Below the pieces are notes generated by a model. It was not told where the DNA came from, searched no databases, and was given only the letters and a program-made list of their open reading frames with translations. DNA of 64,000 nt from an uncultured virus (IMG/VR IMGVR_UViG_3300012012_002042). Taxonomy: Duplodnaviria > Heunggongvirae > Uroviricota > Caudoviricetes. The stretch's first letter is position 1, and the number at the start of each line of letters is the position of its first letter. Both the position numbers and the translations under genes were made by a program. Of this stretch, positions 10,382 through 20,258 are shown piece by piece. The stretch is from IMG/VR virus record IMGVR_UViG_3300012012_002042; one strand, 5' to 3'.

Positions 10382-11796
10382 CGTCAGAACATCCGATTGC
10401 CGAACAGGCGTTCACCATGCACGGGCGCTTGGGAACTTTCTGGGTGGAAAGTTTTTCCGGCGACATGGAAGTCTTGCTGCGTTCCATGTCGTCTTTACAG
10501 GCCAGATCCTCGGCTCCGTTCACATTGCTTGGAGGCATGCGCGCGGCGGCCGGCGCTCCGGCTGTGCAATGGGCTGGGCGGCGGTGGAGCTTCAAGGCTG
10601 GGGATGTGGTGGCGATCGGACCATTTCTTCAGCAGCGCATTCTGACGAAATGGGCTGCCTCTGGCTACTCCACCGGATACGTCACGCGTCGAGTGCGGGC
10701 GGCTGACGTGGAATATCTTCAGAGCGGGCATTTTACTTTGGAGAATGAGCTCGACGCGAATGGGGTGAAACTTTTCCAGACTGAGAGTTCCCAATACTGG
10801 CTGTTTCCATCGCCAACCGGAGTTCCCGTCATTTCCCCGACGCAGGATGAAGTCGTGTTGAAATACGCTCTGCCAATTCCGCCGGGACAGTATCCGACCA
10901 GTCTCCGGAATATTGCCGGACGTGATTTCGCACTCGGCGTCGATTATCGGCAATCCGGCAATTTGCTGATATTCGGCTGCGAACATCCCGATTCTCTTTT
11001 CCCGCAACGGGTGATCCTCGCACCTGCGGGCTGGGAGAAAACGTCTGGCCTGCTGAATTACACTAACAAACTGGATGGCGTCATGCCATCTACATTTCCT
11101 GGAGAATATTATCGACAGAACCAAAGCGCTGAATCCTGGGTGCGCGCGTTGGCAGTGGCCAGCGGCATGCATGTCATGGAAAGCGCCGCAGTCATTGCGG
11201 ACGTGGAGACGATAGGCCGGGACACGTTTTACACCACCACGGCTGGAGATGTGCATGCGGTGGACTATCCGCATCGGCGTCACACCGTTGGCGACAGTCT
11301 GATTCGCGGGGACATTCTCGGCAGTCCGTTGCGCATTTATCACAAAAGGCACGCTGGCGATGGCTCGTGGTGGAAACAATTGGACTGGTCCGCCGGACTG
11401 AGCATGGATTCCTTCTGCCTGGTCAAAGGCCTGACGGCCCCGGACGCTTCCGTCGGGGCTTCGTGGGTATCCACAGAGGATGGCAAGTATCACATTCGTT
11501 TCCCGCTGACTGGCACGTCGGACGCTCAGGATGCGTATTGGAATATGGTGTGGGAGAACGAGCGGGTTACGGGGAAATATTTGAACGACATTGTGGGAAT
11601 CGCGAGCACGTCTCAGATTGTTCCGGTCAATCCTGTGAGTCTGTTGTTCTCGTATGGGTTGAACGAATCCGCGTGGGTTCTCGACCGATACAATTTCCAA
11701 TTATGGGATGGCAAATCGCAGCGCGACTTCTCCCATTTTTTTAAGTCGGAACGTCCATTCGGTTCTGTCATGATCCTGCGAGAATCCACCATCTGA
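10378..11796 (+). CDS. putative baseplate wedge subunit
   Basis: GTGA overlap with the J-like gene; LGTFW near the N-terminus and RPFGS near the C-terminus; context. Confidence 0.5.
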   Translation: MTSEHPIAEQAFTMHGRLGTFWVESFSGDMEVLLRSMSSLQARSSAPFTLLGGMRAAAGAPAVQWAGRRWSFKAGDVVAIGPFLQQRILTKWAASGYSTGYVTRRVRAADVEYLQSGHFTLENELDANGVKLFQTESSQYWLFPSPTGVPVISPTQDEVVLKYALPIPPGQYPTSLRNIAGRDFALGVDYRQSGNLLIFGCEHPDSLFPQRVILAPAGWEKTSGLLNYTNKLDGVMPSTFPGEYYRQNQSAESWVRALAVASGMHVMESAAVIADVETIGRDTFYTTTAGDVHAVDYPHRRHTVGDSLIRGDILGSPLRIYHKRHAGDGSWWKQLDWSAGLSMDSFCLVKGLTAPDASVGASWVSTEDGKYHIRFPLTGTSDAQDAYWNMVWENERVTGKYLNDIVGIASTSQIVPVNPVSLLFSYGLNESAWVLDRYNFQLWDGKSQRDFSHFFKSERPFGSVMILRESTI

Positions 11797-12206
11797 TGCT
11801 CACGCTCACACGACATTCACTTTCCGACACGGCGTCCCTGGACGGAGCTGCGCAGCACACGTGGCCGCTGAAGATTGTCTGCACGCCGGACAATGGAAGC
11901 ACCCTCTCGCCAAAGATATTCGTATTCCACGCGGCGAAGCCGGATGCCGCCGGCCCGCAAGATGAATTCGAAGTGGTGGCGTCGGTGCATCAGATGCAAG
12001 ACATCCCGGCGGATCAACCGCACTATGTGGACGGGGATCCGGCGAAGTGTGTGCCCTACTACCGGCTGGCTGAATTGACGTGGCACTGCCTGTCGCCGGC
12101 TGAGGCTGACGATCTGTGGGAGCATATTAAGGAAGACGTGACGGATCTGGTGGGGAATCAGAAAGCTCTCGGCAAATTGAAGACAGAGAGCACGATCAGC
12201 ATTTAA
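11796..12206 (+). CDS. hypothetical protein (tail cluster)
   Basis: TGATG overlap; 136 aa. Confidence 0.6.
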   Translation: MLTLTRHSLSDTASLDGAAQHTWPLKIVCTPDNGSTLSPKIFVFHAAKPDAAGPQDEFEVVASVHQMQDIPADQPHYVDGDPAKCVPYYRLAELTWHCLSPAEADDLWEHIKEDVTDLVGNQKALGKLKTESTISI

Positions 12207-12223
12207 GCCACCACCTGAATTTT

Positions 12224-12925
12224 ATGTTCCAAGTCGGTAATGCCACCCTAAATCGTAACAGCTCCAAGAATGGCAGCGTTGTGTTCTTGAAGGCTTTTCG
12301 CACGGTCCCTGTCGTCAACACCTGGGTCCAGAGAGTGACCGGCGACAATCTGATCAGCGTTTATCCTGCCAACGTGACCGAGACTGGATTCGATTACGAA
12401 CTGGACCAAGTCCCCGATGACACGGACGATTATTCCCTCGGATGGATGGCAGGCGATGCGTCCATTGACACTCCAGCTCATCCTTCTGTCAGTTACGGAG
12501 GAGGCGGCGGTGCGTCACCAACAGTGACGGCTCCTCCGCCGGCGAGGCCGACGGGATTCCGCGGGTTGCCGAGCATGCCTTTCAGCGGCAGGCTGGGCCC
12601 AGCCTACGGCGTTTTTCCGGCGGATGCAGGCGGGAAAGAAGAGCAGATCGAATCGGATCCGGACGGCTCTGCGGAAGTGGTTCTATATTACGCACCCAAC
12701 AGCGCCCTGCTCGAAAATATCCACGTGCTGGTTGTGGATATCAGCGACGTGGTGATTTACGAAACCACGGACCGGACGGACGTGATGATCACATCCCGAG
12801 GGAACGTGGACGTTCACACATTGCACGTGCCTGTGGGGACACTGCCGCGGCAGCCTGCCATCTGGCAAATCAAGGTCGGCAACGGGCCAATTCGGAGATT
12901 TATCAGCGGGAGGAACATGCGATGA
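12224..12925 (+). CDS. hypothetical two-domain protein with Pro/Gly linker
   Basis: 233-aa ORF with GGGGGASPTVTAPPPARP linker. Confidence 0.55.
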   Translation: MFQVGNATLNRNSSKNGSVVFLKAFRTVPVVNTWVQRVTGDNLISVYPANVTETGFDYELDQVPDDTDDYSLGWMAGDASIDTPAHPSVSYGGGGGASPTVTAPPPARPTGFRGLPSMPFSGRLGPAYGVFPADAGGKEEQIESDPDGSAEVVLYYAPNSALLENIHVLVVDISDVVIYETTDRTDVMITSRGNVDVHTLHVPVGTLPRQPAIWQIKVGNGPIRRFISGRNMR

Positions 12926-13107
12926 ACCAAGAAGAGAATTACGGACAAATTGCCTACGAGACATACTGCGAAACTCGCGGTTGGAAATCGTTCGACGGTA
13001 AACCTCTACCGCAATGGAGGCAGCAGAGCGAGGCTCTTCGGGAAGCGTGGATTGCCGCGGCAGGGGCCGTGCTGAACGAGCATCGAATCCAAACCGGACC
13101 TGGATAA
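12922..13107 (+). CDS. small hypothetical phage protein
   Basis: ATGA overlap; YGQIAYETYC...LPQW...REAWIAAA pattern common in small phage proteins. Confidence 0.6.
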   Translation: MNQEENYGQIAYETYCETRGWKSFDGKPLPQWRQQSEALREAWIAAAGAVLNEHRIQTGPG

Positions 13108-13451
13108 TGCTGGAATACCTGATCGGTGCTCATTTGATCGGGGACTTCTTACTGCAGGATCACAGCATGCAGACCAAGTCTGAAAAGTCCTGGGTCTGCA
13201 CAATTCACCTGCTGCATTACGCGCTGCCTTTTATCTTCATGCTGTTTATGGGTGTGAAAATCCCTGCATGGATGTTCCTGGCAATAATGATCGAGCACTG
13301 GCTACAGGATCGCTTCCGGCTGCATCTGCTGTGGATGAAGTGGTATGGTCAGACTCCGCCGAGCATCTGGCGTGAGGGTCCGCTCTTCGTGGACCAGGCG
13401 ATGCACATCGGGTTCATGTGGTTTCTCTGTCTGATCAACCAGCCTGTGTGA
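13107..13451 (+). CDS. DUF3307-family membrane protein
   Basis: AHLIGDFLLQ, HLLHY, HWLQD and VDQAMHI motifs; TAATG overlap start at 13107. Confidence 0.75.
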   Translation: MLEYLIGAHLIGDFLLQDHSMQTKSEKSWVCTIHLLHYALPFIFMLFMGVKIPAWMFLAIMIEHWLQDRFRLHLLWMKWYGQTPPSIWREGPLFVDQAMHIGFMWFLCLINQPV

Positions 13452-15936
13452 AGTCTGCCATCGAGGGAATGCCTTCGCGTTTCATGATCGGCATCTGCCC
13501 GTAGAAATTGCTCAGCAGGTCGAGCATGGAAATGGCATCAACCGTAATTGATTCCGCCGCCGGCAGGACCGTTCTGCAGATGGTGGTCAGCTCGAGGTAG
13601 AGTTCCTCCATATTCACATCGAGACCCTTGGTGGAAATAATCACCGTCTGATCCATCAAGTGTTGCGCCAGATGATTCTTCGTGAGGTGGAATGGGATCT
13701 GGTTGAGCAACCGCTCCAGACGCAGATGCACCGGGGAAGACACCGGCCACGTCAATCCGGTTGCCTGACTGATGATGGAGGCGCCTTCGCGCGCAAGCGC
13801 CGTCCCGTAATCGACACTGCTGAACATCTTCAGCATGCCGCCGGCTGTCTTCATGATCCATTGCAGACACTCCTTGAATATCCACGGCAGAGTCGGCAGA
13901 AGAAGATTCAATTCCTGATCGGTCGCCGTTCCGTAAATAGGCGTTCCAATATCTCCCAGTGCGACGAAGGTTTGACCGGCCCGTTCGATCTGTCCTCTGG
14001 ACGCGCCGGTGACGAGCATGGGGAAGCCGCGGATGCCTTTGATTTCGATGCCAGACGATGAGCGAACGCTAAAAGAAAACGGTTCGGTTTGCCCGAGGGC
14101 TCGGAAGATATTGCGCAGCAGATTATGGCCTTCGGAAGTGAAAGCGATGGCCAATGGTTTCACGGCAAAATCCGCGAAACTGCGTCCCAGCAGTCCGATC
14201 AGTTTACTGACAATATCCGCCAACACGATCGGGACATCGGTGTGGATGGCGACTGGGGCGGGTTGCATCTGCAAATCGTAGCAGTGCCAGAAGTCATAAT
14301 TCGGATTTGGGGTCCGGACATTGGTTGCCCATTCTTCCGCGCTGATCCGGCCCCACGGCGTCCAGAATCCATTCTTCCGGTGATTCCATCCTAAGCCGTC
14401 CATGCCTTCGTGGCGGTCGAGATTTGATATCTGCTCACGGAAGTATCCAAGCAGGCGGCGCGCGTAATGTCGTTCCTTGATGGTCGGGGTTGGAGAGCCT
14501 TCGACGGAATTTTTGGCATGTTTGAATTCCGTCATGCGGACGGCATTCTCCATGTCTTCGAGGCTGGCCAGGTCTGCGCTGGAAATGGACAGCGGATATT
14601 TGGCCCCTCGGAAATGCATCGTGCCGGTGTGCGCGTAAACGCTGGTGTCGGGGAAGATGATATTGTCATCGAACTCGCAAGTGAAGTTCGTCAACTCCAC
14701 CCGGCTGCCATCAGTGCGTATGGCGTAATAACCGTCGGCCGCGTGATAGAACAGAATGCCGTCATGGGAGATGATGTAGCGGGTCTGCCGCATTTTCTCG
14801 AGCGTCTGCGCCTCTCGCATATATCGTAGCTGATTGAGTTCAAACAGCAATTGTTTGAATTCAGAACTGCTGAATTGCAGCGCGCTGATATTATCCTCGG
14901 TCTCCCTTGAAATGCCGTTCTTGATGATACCAGTCAGCGCATGCTGGATGATGAACTTGGACCAGCTCAGATTGCCCGCGACCGTCGAAACGGTGACAGG
15001 CATTTTGGAGGCTAGATCTGCGACTCCCCGAAGAAGTTTTACCGGGACGTCCGTCGGATCGTAAGTGATCCCATTGAACAACCAGTCGTTGTAATTTCCC
15101 CGAGGCTCGTAGACCATCCCGACGGAGAAGATATCTGGACGCAGACGCGCGTGCTCGGTGTTTGCTTGAATGGCTGTGATCGCTTCGGTGTGCAGATGGA
15201 GCCGTGTGGCTCTGGGGTTGCGGTCGAGTAGTCCGGTGAAGCCAAATTTATATTCCTCGAAGTGGTGCAGCACCATTCGGGTGCTCGAGTTGGATTGGAA
15301 GAAAAAGAATCCGGCTATCACGGACGGAGCGGCAAAAAGCGGGACGACCAGCATGGCAGATCCAGGCCTGAGGGAATATTTTGGGAGACCGACATCGGGA
15401 CAATATTCGGCGGAAAGTTCCAGAAGCTCGGAGAATTGTTTTCTGGAAAGGCAGAGTATGGAAGCCGTCTGCACGGAAGCATCCATACTCTGCGTCTTCA
15501 ACCAGGACCGGGCCTGGATCATTTCAATGGACCCTATTTCCGTGTCTGGTTTCCCGTGACGGATGAAGAAGTCCAGGAGTGCCCGCCTTTTCCGCAGCCC
15601 TGCTTCGATGTCATACAGCGCGCTTTCTGACAGGTGGTTGAAGCGCTTCGGGTAGGCGGCCCGCACCGTTTGGAGGGCTTTCCCGTAGCTCTGGTCAATG
15701 GCTGCGATGATGTCGATCGCAGTACCTGTGCGGAAGTTGCAGAAGCGGTTCTCGCACAGCACGTGGTGCGTGTAGATATGCAGGGTCTGCCTGCAGGCTG
15801 GGCAGGTCGTGGTTTGCCCGCCTGGATGTGCCCGGCTGGCATGGAAGTCATACAGGGCTTCGGAAATGGAAATGGATTGAGAAATCAGGTCTGCGGTCAC
15901 TGGGCAGAGGCTAGAGGGGTTTTGAGCATACGGCAA
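13435..15936 (-). CDS. large protein with N-terminal primase-type zinc finger; degenerate primase/helicase-like
   Basis: CPAC...CENRFC Zn finger followed by IDIIA; LVVPLF..IAGF; GLGWNHRKNGFWTPWG (DUF927-like); no intact TOPRIM or Walker A seen; start uncertain. Confidence 0.5.
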   Translation of the reverse strand: MPYAQNPSSLCPVTADLISQSISISEALYDFHASRAHPGGQTTTCPACRQTLHIYTHHVLCENRFCNFRTGTAIDIIAAIDQSYGKALQTVRAAYPKRFNHLSESALYDIEAGLRKRRALLDFFIRHGKPDTEIGSIEMIQARSWLKTQSMDASVQTASILCLSRKQFSELLELSAEYCPDVGLPKYSLRPGSAMLVVPLFAAPSVIAGFFFFQSNSSTRMVLHHFEEYKFGFTGLLDRNPRATRLHLHTEAITAIQANTEHARLRPDIFSVGMVYEPRGNYNDWLFNGITYDPTDVPVKLLRGVADLASKMPVTVSTVAGNLSWSKFIIQHALTGIIKNGISRETEDNISALQFSSSEFKQLLFELNQLRYMREAQTLEKMRQTRYIISHDGILFYHAADGYYAIRTDGSRVELTNFTCEFDDNIIFPDTSVYAHTGTMHFRGAKYPLSISSADLASLEDMENAVRMTEFKHAKNSVEGSPTPTIKERHYARRLLGYFREQISNLDRHEGMDGLGWNHRKNGFWTPWGRISAEEWATNVRTPNPNYDFWHCYDLQMQPAPVAIHTDVPIVLADIVSKLIGLLGRSFADFAVKPLAIAFTSEGHNLLRNIFRALGQTEPFSFSVRSSSGIEIKGIRGFPMLVTGASRGQIERAGQTFVALGDIGTPIYGTATDQELNLLLPTLPWIFKECLQWIMKTAGGMLKMFSSVDYGTALAREGASIISQATGLTWPVSSPVHLRLERLLNQIPFHLTKNHLAQHLMDQTVIISTKGLDVNMEELYLELTTICRTVLPAAESITVDAISMLDLLSNFYGQMPIMKREGIPSMADFTQAG

Positions 15937-15967
15937 CTGTCGTGTGAAATAAAAGCCCTTTGCGAGT

Positions 15968-16337
15968 TATATGGAATTGCTGAGGACATCTTCTCCTCCT
16001 CTGAATTCCGGCTGCGCCGCGAGACACCAGGGCAATTCTGTTTACTTCCATAAAGGTGTAAAACACGAATGTCGAAAGGTCATTGGCGCAGCCGGAATTC
16101 AGGGGAGGGATTTTCCGCGCGAGGTTACTCACGCGGAGACAAGGCGCGGTGACGTTCGGTCACTGACGCCAGAGCGCTCGTGCCACATGCGCAGGGGACC
16201 CCTACTCGGGTGGGTTTATTGAGAGGCCCCCGGACGGCCTTTCCTAATGTGGTGAGTCCGGAGAAAAGCGGCGGGCTGCGCGGAATGCGCTCGGGTGCAA
16301 ATCAATGCGCCTACGACATGGCCCGCCGTCTTTTCTT
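15968..16337 (+). ncRNA. candidate structured non-coding RNA of unknown family
   Basis: Perfect 18-bp inverted repeat 16001-16018/16085-16102, extended by G-U pairs; at least five further hairpins; two potential pseudoknots; lies between divergent genes. Confidence 0.55.
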
Positions 16338-16372
16338 TTTACATCGCGGTGAATTCGTGGCAGAATCGCCGA
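16338..16372 (+). promoter_or_regulatory. sigma70-like promoter, leaderless
   Basis: TTTACA-N17-CAGAAT-N6-ATG(16373). Confidence 0.5.
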
Positions 16373-17449
16373 ATGCTGGATTATCTAAAAGACAAAAACC
16401 CGGGTTGGCTTCGCGCGGTAAATGGCGCCATGCCCGATTGGGTGAAGGACGCTCCGCATCCGTCCGAAGACGAACTCGTGAAAATGTCCTCTGCCACTTT
16501 CGCGGATCCTCTGCACCGCCTGCACCCGCTCCACACACCAGCGGCGGCTTTTTCTTCCCTCGCTTATCTTCTGGCAAATGGAGCCTCGGCAGAATCCCCG
16601 GAAGTTCAAACCGCCAAGACTGCTGCTGCAAAATGGGAAATCGAGCAGGCAGAACTGGATGCACTCATCGAGAGCGTCACCGTGCACATCAAGAGTGCCG
16701 CAGCCGACGCTCCTGAGATCCCGCTCGTCGCCATGACTGTGAAAAACGCCGCCGGAGACGCCGACGGCTTCTACGATATTTCCACCGTAGGGCAGATGAT
16801 GGAGTCGGCGGAGCAACTCGCACGGGATTACAGCGATCAGAAAATTCCAGCCCTGTGGGCCAAGGAAGCCTGCGCCAACATCAAGTCGGCTGCGGACGCG
16901 CGCGGCGTGCCCCTGTCCGAATTGCATCCGCTCGTGAAGCACATGACTGATGAGCGTGTCCGCGATTTCGATCGCGCGCGCGAACTGGTGGGCTTCCGCA
17001 AATATGCGCGAGTGTCCACGGCGGATGTCGAGACCTACCGTGACATCGTCAATTCGGTCGAGCACGAGGAGGTGAGCGTCGAAGAGGGTGTCGAAATGAT
17101 GGAGGCGCTGGACCAGACGCACCTCATCAAATACGCGGGCCTGCAGACAGATCCGTGGACCATCCTCAATTCCGGTCACACTCAGGATGAGATCGTCAAG
17201 ATGGCGGACTCCTCGGTGCTGATGGCGGACACCATTGTGCCTGCACACGTCATCGCCCACATCCCCGAGGAAACTGTTCGGATGCGCTTCGCCAAATCTG
17301 CGGCGGATCAAGTGTGGGAGATCGTGAAAACCGCTTCCGTGGCTCCCCCAGACGCTACTGTGATGGCGGGCAATCTGGAGCCTGATGTTCAACGCGGCGT
17401 GTTGGCCCTCGCGCTGCAGATGGCTGGCGGGTTGCCGGCGCCTGCATAA
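16373..17449 (+). CDS. putative head/virion protein with multiple K-x-A motifs
   Basis: FADPLHRLHPLHT motif; KTAA, KSAA (x3), KMAD, KTAS; near the terminase; ORF-track start is 16295. Confidence 0.55.
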   Translation: MLDYLKDKNPGWLRAVNGAMPDWVKDAPHPSEDELVKMSSATFADPLHRLHPLHTPAAAFSSLAYLLANGASAESPEVQTAKTAAAKWEIEQAELDALIESVTVHIKSAAADAPEIPLVAMTVKNAAGDADGFYDISTVGQMMESAEQLARDYSDQKIPALWAKEACANIKSAADARGVPLSELHPLVKHMTDERVRDFDRARELVGFRKYARVSTADVETYRDIVNSVEHEEVSVEEGVEMMEALDQTHLIKYAGLQTDPWTILNSGHTQDEIVKMADSSVLMADTIVPAHVIAHIPEETVRMRFAKSAADQVWEIVKTASVAPPDATVMAGNLEPDVQRGVLALALQMAGGLPAPA

Positions 17450-18030
17450 TGCTCAGCAAAAACTTTCCTTTCAAACGGGAAACGTGCGCCTCGGCTTTGG
17501 CTGATATCAGCACTCCGGCTGTGGTGCTCTTCGCGATTGTCTCGGCCGCCTACGGGAGCGAGATGTATCCAGACGAGCCTGGCGAGGAGCCGTGGGATCC
17601 GGTGACGTTGTGGCATCATCTGCGGGAGGATTTCAAGGTCGAGGTTTCGATTGAAGCGGAGAACCGGCTCAACGCGATTCGCACGGCGATCGAGACCGAT
17701 TTATTTTATCTGGATGTCGAGGCACTCGAAGCCATCACGATGGCCATTGTGCACGGCTCTGTGGACGATGCGATACTGGGTGAATCGTCGGACCTTTCCA
17801 CTGTGGAAATCATGACGGCGATTTTCGAGATCGAACTCGTCCGAGGAGACAGCCATCCGGTTTATTCGCAGGGCGTGGCGGCTTTCATCGCAGGTGTCAT
17901 GCAGGACGATGTGGATTCCGATGACTCGGGACAGGACACGGCAGATTCCTATTTGGTTCTGCACAAGCACGAGGTGGAAGAGTGGTTCCACCGTCTGGGT
18001 GTGAAGGAAGAGGTTCTGGCAGGGATCTGA
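17449..18030 (+). CDS. hypothetical acidic protein (packaging/head cluster)
   Basis: TAATG overlap; 193 aa. Confidence 0.6.
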   Translation: MLSKNFPFKRETCASALADISTPAVVLFAIVSAAYGSEMYPDEPGEEPWDPVTLWHHLREDFKVEVSIEAENRLNAIRTAIETDLFYLDVEALEAITMAIVHGSVDDAILGESSDLSTVEIMTAIFEIELVRGDSHPVYSQGVAAFIAGVMQDDVDSDDSGQDTADSYLVLHKHEVEEWFHRLGVKEEVLAGI

Positions 18031-18036
18031 TCCCGG

Positions 18037-18300
18037 ATGATTGGAAAAACAATACGCACGGGAGAACCGTGCCCAAATTACAAACGCAAAATGAGCATCA
18101 AAAAGAAGCGCAGCAAAATAATGCCGCACCATAAGGAACGCGCACACGGAGCAATGGACATGATTGGTCTCACCGAGGAACTCCCTCCGCTGGCCATGAA
18201 GGGAATCAAAGAGGATGTGAAACTGGAGGATATGGAATTGGAGCCAGGCCAGCCGTTCGGCTGGTCACCCGCTGACAGCCGTCGAAAGGCGCTGTCCTAG
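18037..18300 (+). CDS. small hypothetical protein
   Basis: 87-aa ORF converging on the terminase; start uncertain. Confidence 0.4.
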   Translation: MIGKTIRTGEPCPNYKRKMSIKKKRSKIMPHHKERAHGAMDMIGLTEELPPLAMKGIKEDVKLEDMELEPGQPFGWSPADSRRKALS

Positions 18301-20163
18301 ACGTCCAGTCATATTGCCGCCGGCCCCGCCAAAATTGAACATGCGCTGCAATTCCCTCTTCAGCGCTGGGTCATCGTAGAGTGGTTCCCCGAGAACCATC
18401 TTGGCGAGGAAGGTGGCGAAATTGATGGCGTGCAGTCCGTCGTCCGGTTTGGAGCCGTGGCGGCGGTAGAGGAAGTAGGGATTGGCTGAGGCGATGTCGG
18501 CCGGCAAACGGCGGAGGTTGAGAATGTCGGTGATGTAGGGGCGGGCCAATTCCCATGCGTATGTCCGGATACGCGGCTTCTTGTCCTTCAACATGCTGAA
18601 CAGCTGCGTGATCGTCTCCGTCTTGTTGATGTTGTAGTGGTTCGGCAGCATGCTGTCCTTGGCCTTCGCGATGAGCCGATAATTGGGTGCTTGGTAGCCA
18701 AAGATGAAATGCTTCGACGGATCCATCCCGGGGACGTTGTGGATCTCCAGGTTGTAAATCGAGCCGGCCGAGAAATCTGAGGCGAGGTAGCTGCCATTAT
18801 ACTCCCGATGGTTTCTCACGATCATTTGCAGGATGGACTGGTAATCCATCGCCGAATACTTCTCCATGTGCAGGATGTCGAATTGTTTGTCGTGCGTGAT
18901 GCCGACGATCGCGTGAAAGGTGTAGGACTGCTTCGTCTTGTCCACGGGATTCCAGTCGGAGCCGCCCCAGTCCACACCGGACACGATCATGTGGTAGTAG
19001 CCCTTCTTGCAGCGCTCCTTCAGCGCGGCTGGAGTTTCCGGAAGACAGCAGGCAAGTTTGAGATCTGCCTCGGAAATTTCACCATGACCCTCCTCCGTGG
19101 GAATCCCGAGGACTTCCTGGATGAATTTCTTGATCTGGCCGATGCGGGTGTATTCCTGCAGCTGACGGTAAACGGGGGCCCATTGATTGTAGTCGGTGAC
19201 AAATTCCGGAATCAGGATTTGGGGGACATGATATGAAATGAACCCCTCCTTGAATCGAGATTCAGAGCCATGCACCCATTGCCCGTCCGCCATGTTCAGA
19301 AGCCTGTTCGTAAACGGACACGTGGGACCGTCCACCTGGATGATTTTCAGAACCTCATCGGGGTCTCCGCAGTTGATCCAATTCTTGCCGTCCATGGCCC
19401 GCGCATGCCACGTGCCCTGGCTGCCAGATTGGTATTTGGCTTCGAGGAATGTGCTGAAGTCGAGCGAGGTGCCTGCGAAGAGTTTGGACTTCATCTGGCC
19501 GGCGCGCAGCACCTGCTCGACTTCCGGCATGAAGGTCGCGTCAAAGTGTTGCGATTCGTCCACGATTATTTCATCGGCACTCTTCGAGCGAATATCCGAC
19601 ACGCTGGTGTCGACACGCACCATGTTGATCGACGAGGAGTTTGGGTATTCCTTGAACTGCAAATTCTGTCGGAAGCCGGTGACGTTTTTGAAGTAGCGGA
19701 AGTGACGTTCCATGTCCCGCATCCTGTTCGCATACGTCTTCAAATAAGACATGTGCGGCGCGATGTAGATCGACGACCAATTCGGGATCATGTGCGAGAG
19801 GATCAACTGCCGCGCGATGAAGGTGGTCGACTTTGAGATTTGCCGGCTTCCGCGGATCGTCGTTTCGCCTTGCGGATTGATGTCGGTCAGCGCGAATGCG
19901 AACGGTCGGTTGAAAAGCGAGAGCGGTCTGGCATGCTGGATTTCGTCCGTAGGCGGGAGAGCTTCCGGGAAGAAGAAGGGGAAGAGAATGCCGCAGTTGT
20001 AATTCGCGGTTTTGAAGATACGATAAACCTGATCACGGGTCTCACCGCTGAAGGCCGCGCGCGCTCCCAGGCGTTCGCAGACTTCATCCAAACGGCCCAG
20101 TTCAACCTCAATGCGGTTGACAAGCTCCGTGTCTGTCTGTAACGCACTGTAAAAATCTTCCAT
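18265..20163 (-). CDS. terL: terminase large subunit (lambda gpA-like)
   Basis: Walker A RGSRQISKST, Walker B IIVDESQ, coupling motif FAGTS, nuclease GVDWGG and DDGLHA; ATG at 20163 (ORF extends to 20202). Confidence 0.88.
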   Translation of the reverse strand: MEDFYSALQTDTELVNRIEVELGRLDEVCERLGARAAFSGETRDQVYRIFKTANYNCGILFPFFFPEALPPTDEIQHARPLSLFNRPFAFALTDINPQGETTIRGSRQISKSTTFIARQLILSHMIPNWSSIYIAPHMSYLKTYANRMRDMERHFRYFKNVTGFRQNLQFKEYPNSSSINMVRVDTSVSDIRSKSADEIIVDESQHFDATFMPEVEQVLRAGQMKSKLFAGTSLDFSTFLEAKYQSGSQGTWHARAMDGKNWINCGDPDEVLKIIQVDGPTCPFTNRLLNMADGQWVHGSESRFKEGFISYHVPQILIPEFVTDYNQWAPVYRQLQEYTRIGQIKKFIQEVLGIPTEEGHGEISEADLKLACCLPETPAALKERCKKGYYHMIVSGVDWGGSDWNPVDKTKQSYTFHAIVGITHDKQFDILHMEKYSAMDYQSILQMIVRNHREYNGSYLASDFSAGSIYNLEIHNVPGMDPSKHFIFGYQAPNYRLIAKAKDSMLPNHYNINKTETITQLFSMLKDKKPRIRTYAWELARPYITDILNLRRLPADIASANPYFLYRRHGSKPDDGLHAINFATFLAKMVLGEPLYDDPALKRELQRMFNFGGAGGNMTGRLGQRLSTAVSG

Positions 20164-20258
20164 GTCGACCAGCACCTCACCACAGAAAATCCGCAGTGTC
20201 AAACCGGGCGTTTTTCCCGCGGCGAGAATTGCTGCGAAAATGCCAACCCTGAAAGTTC

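Noticed and set aside
16143..16162. Short period-5 GGY-NN-like run (ggc-gc-ggt-ga-cgt-tc-ggt-ca) as a possible repeat guide for the RAMP protein
   Set aside because: Only 3 of 4 units match, and the run is explained by a hairpin; too short to be significant
15968..16337. RNase P RNA or tmRNA identity for the structured region
   Set aside because: Only loose resemblances (aggaaaggccg and acagaa on the minus strand); no convincing P4 pairing and no tRNA-like ends; G-U pairs favour the + strand
16180..16716. 178-aa alternative-frame ORF overlapping the ncRNA candidate and the head gene
   Set aside because: Arg/Gly-rich with atypical composition; overlaps a better-supported ORF
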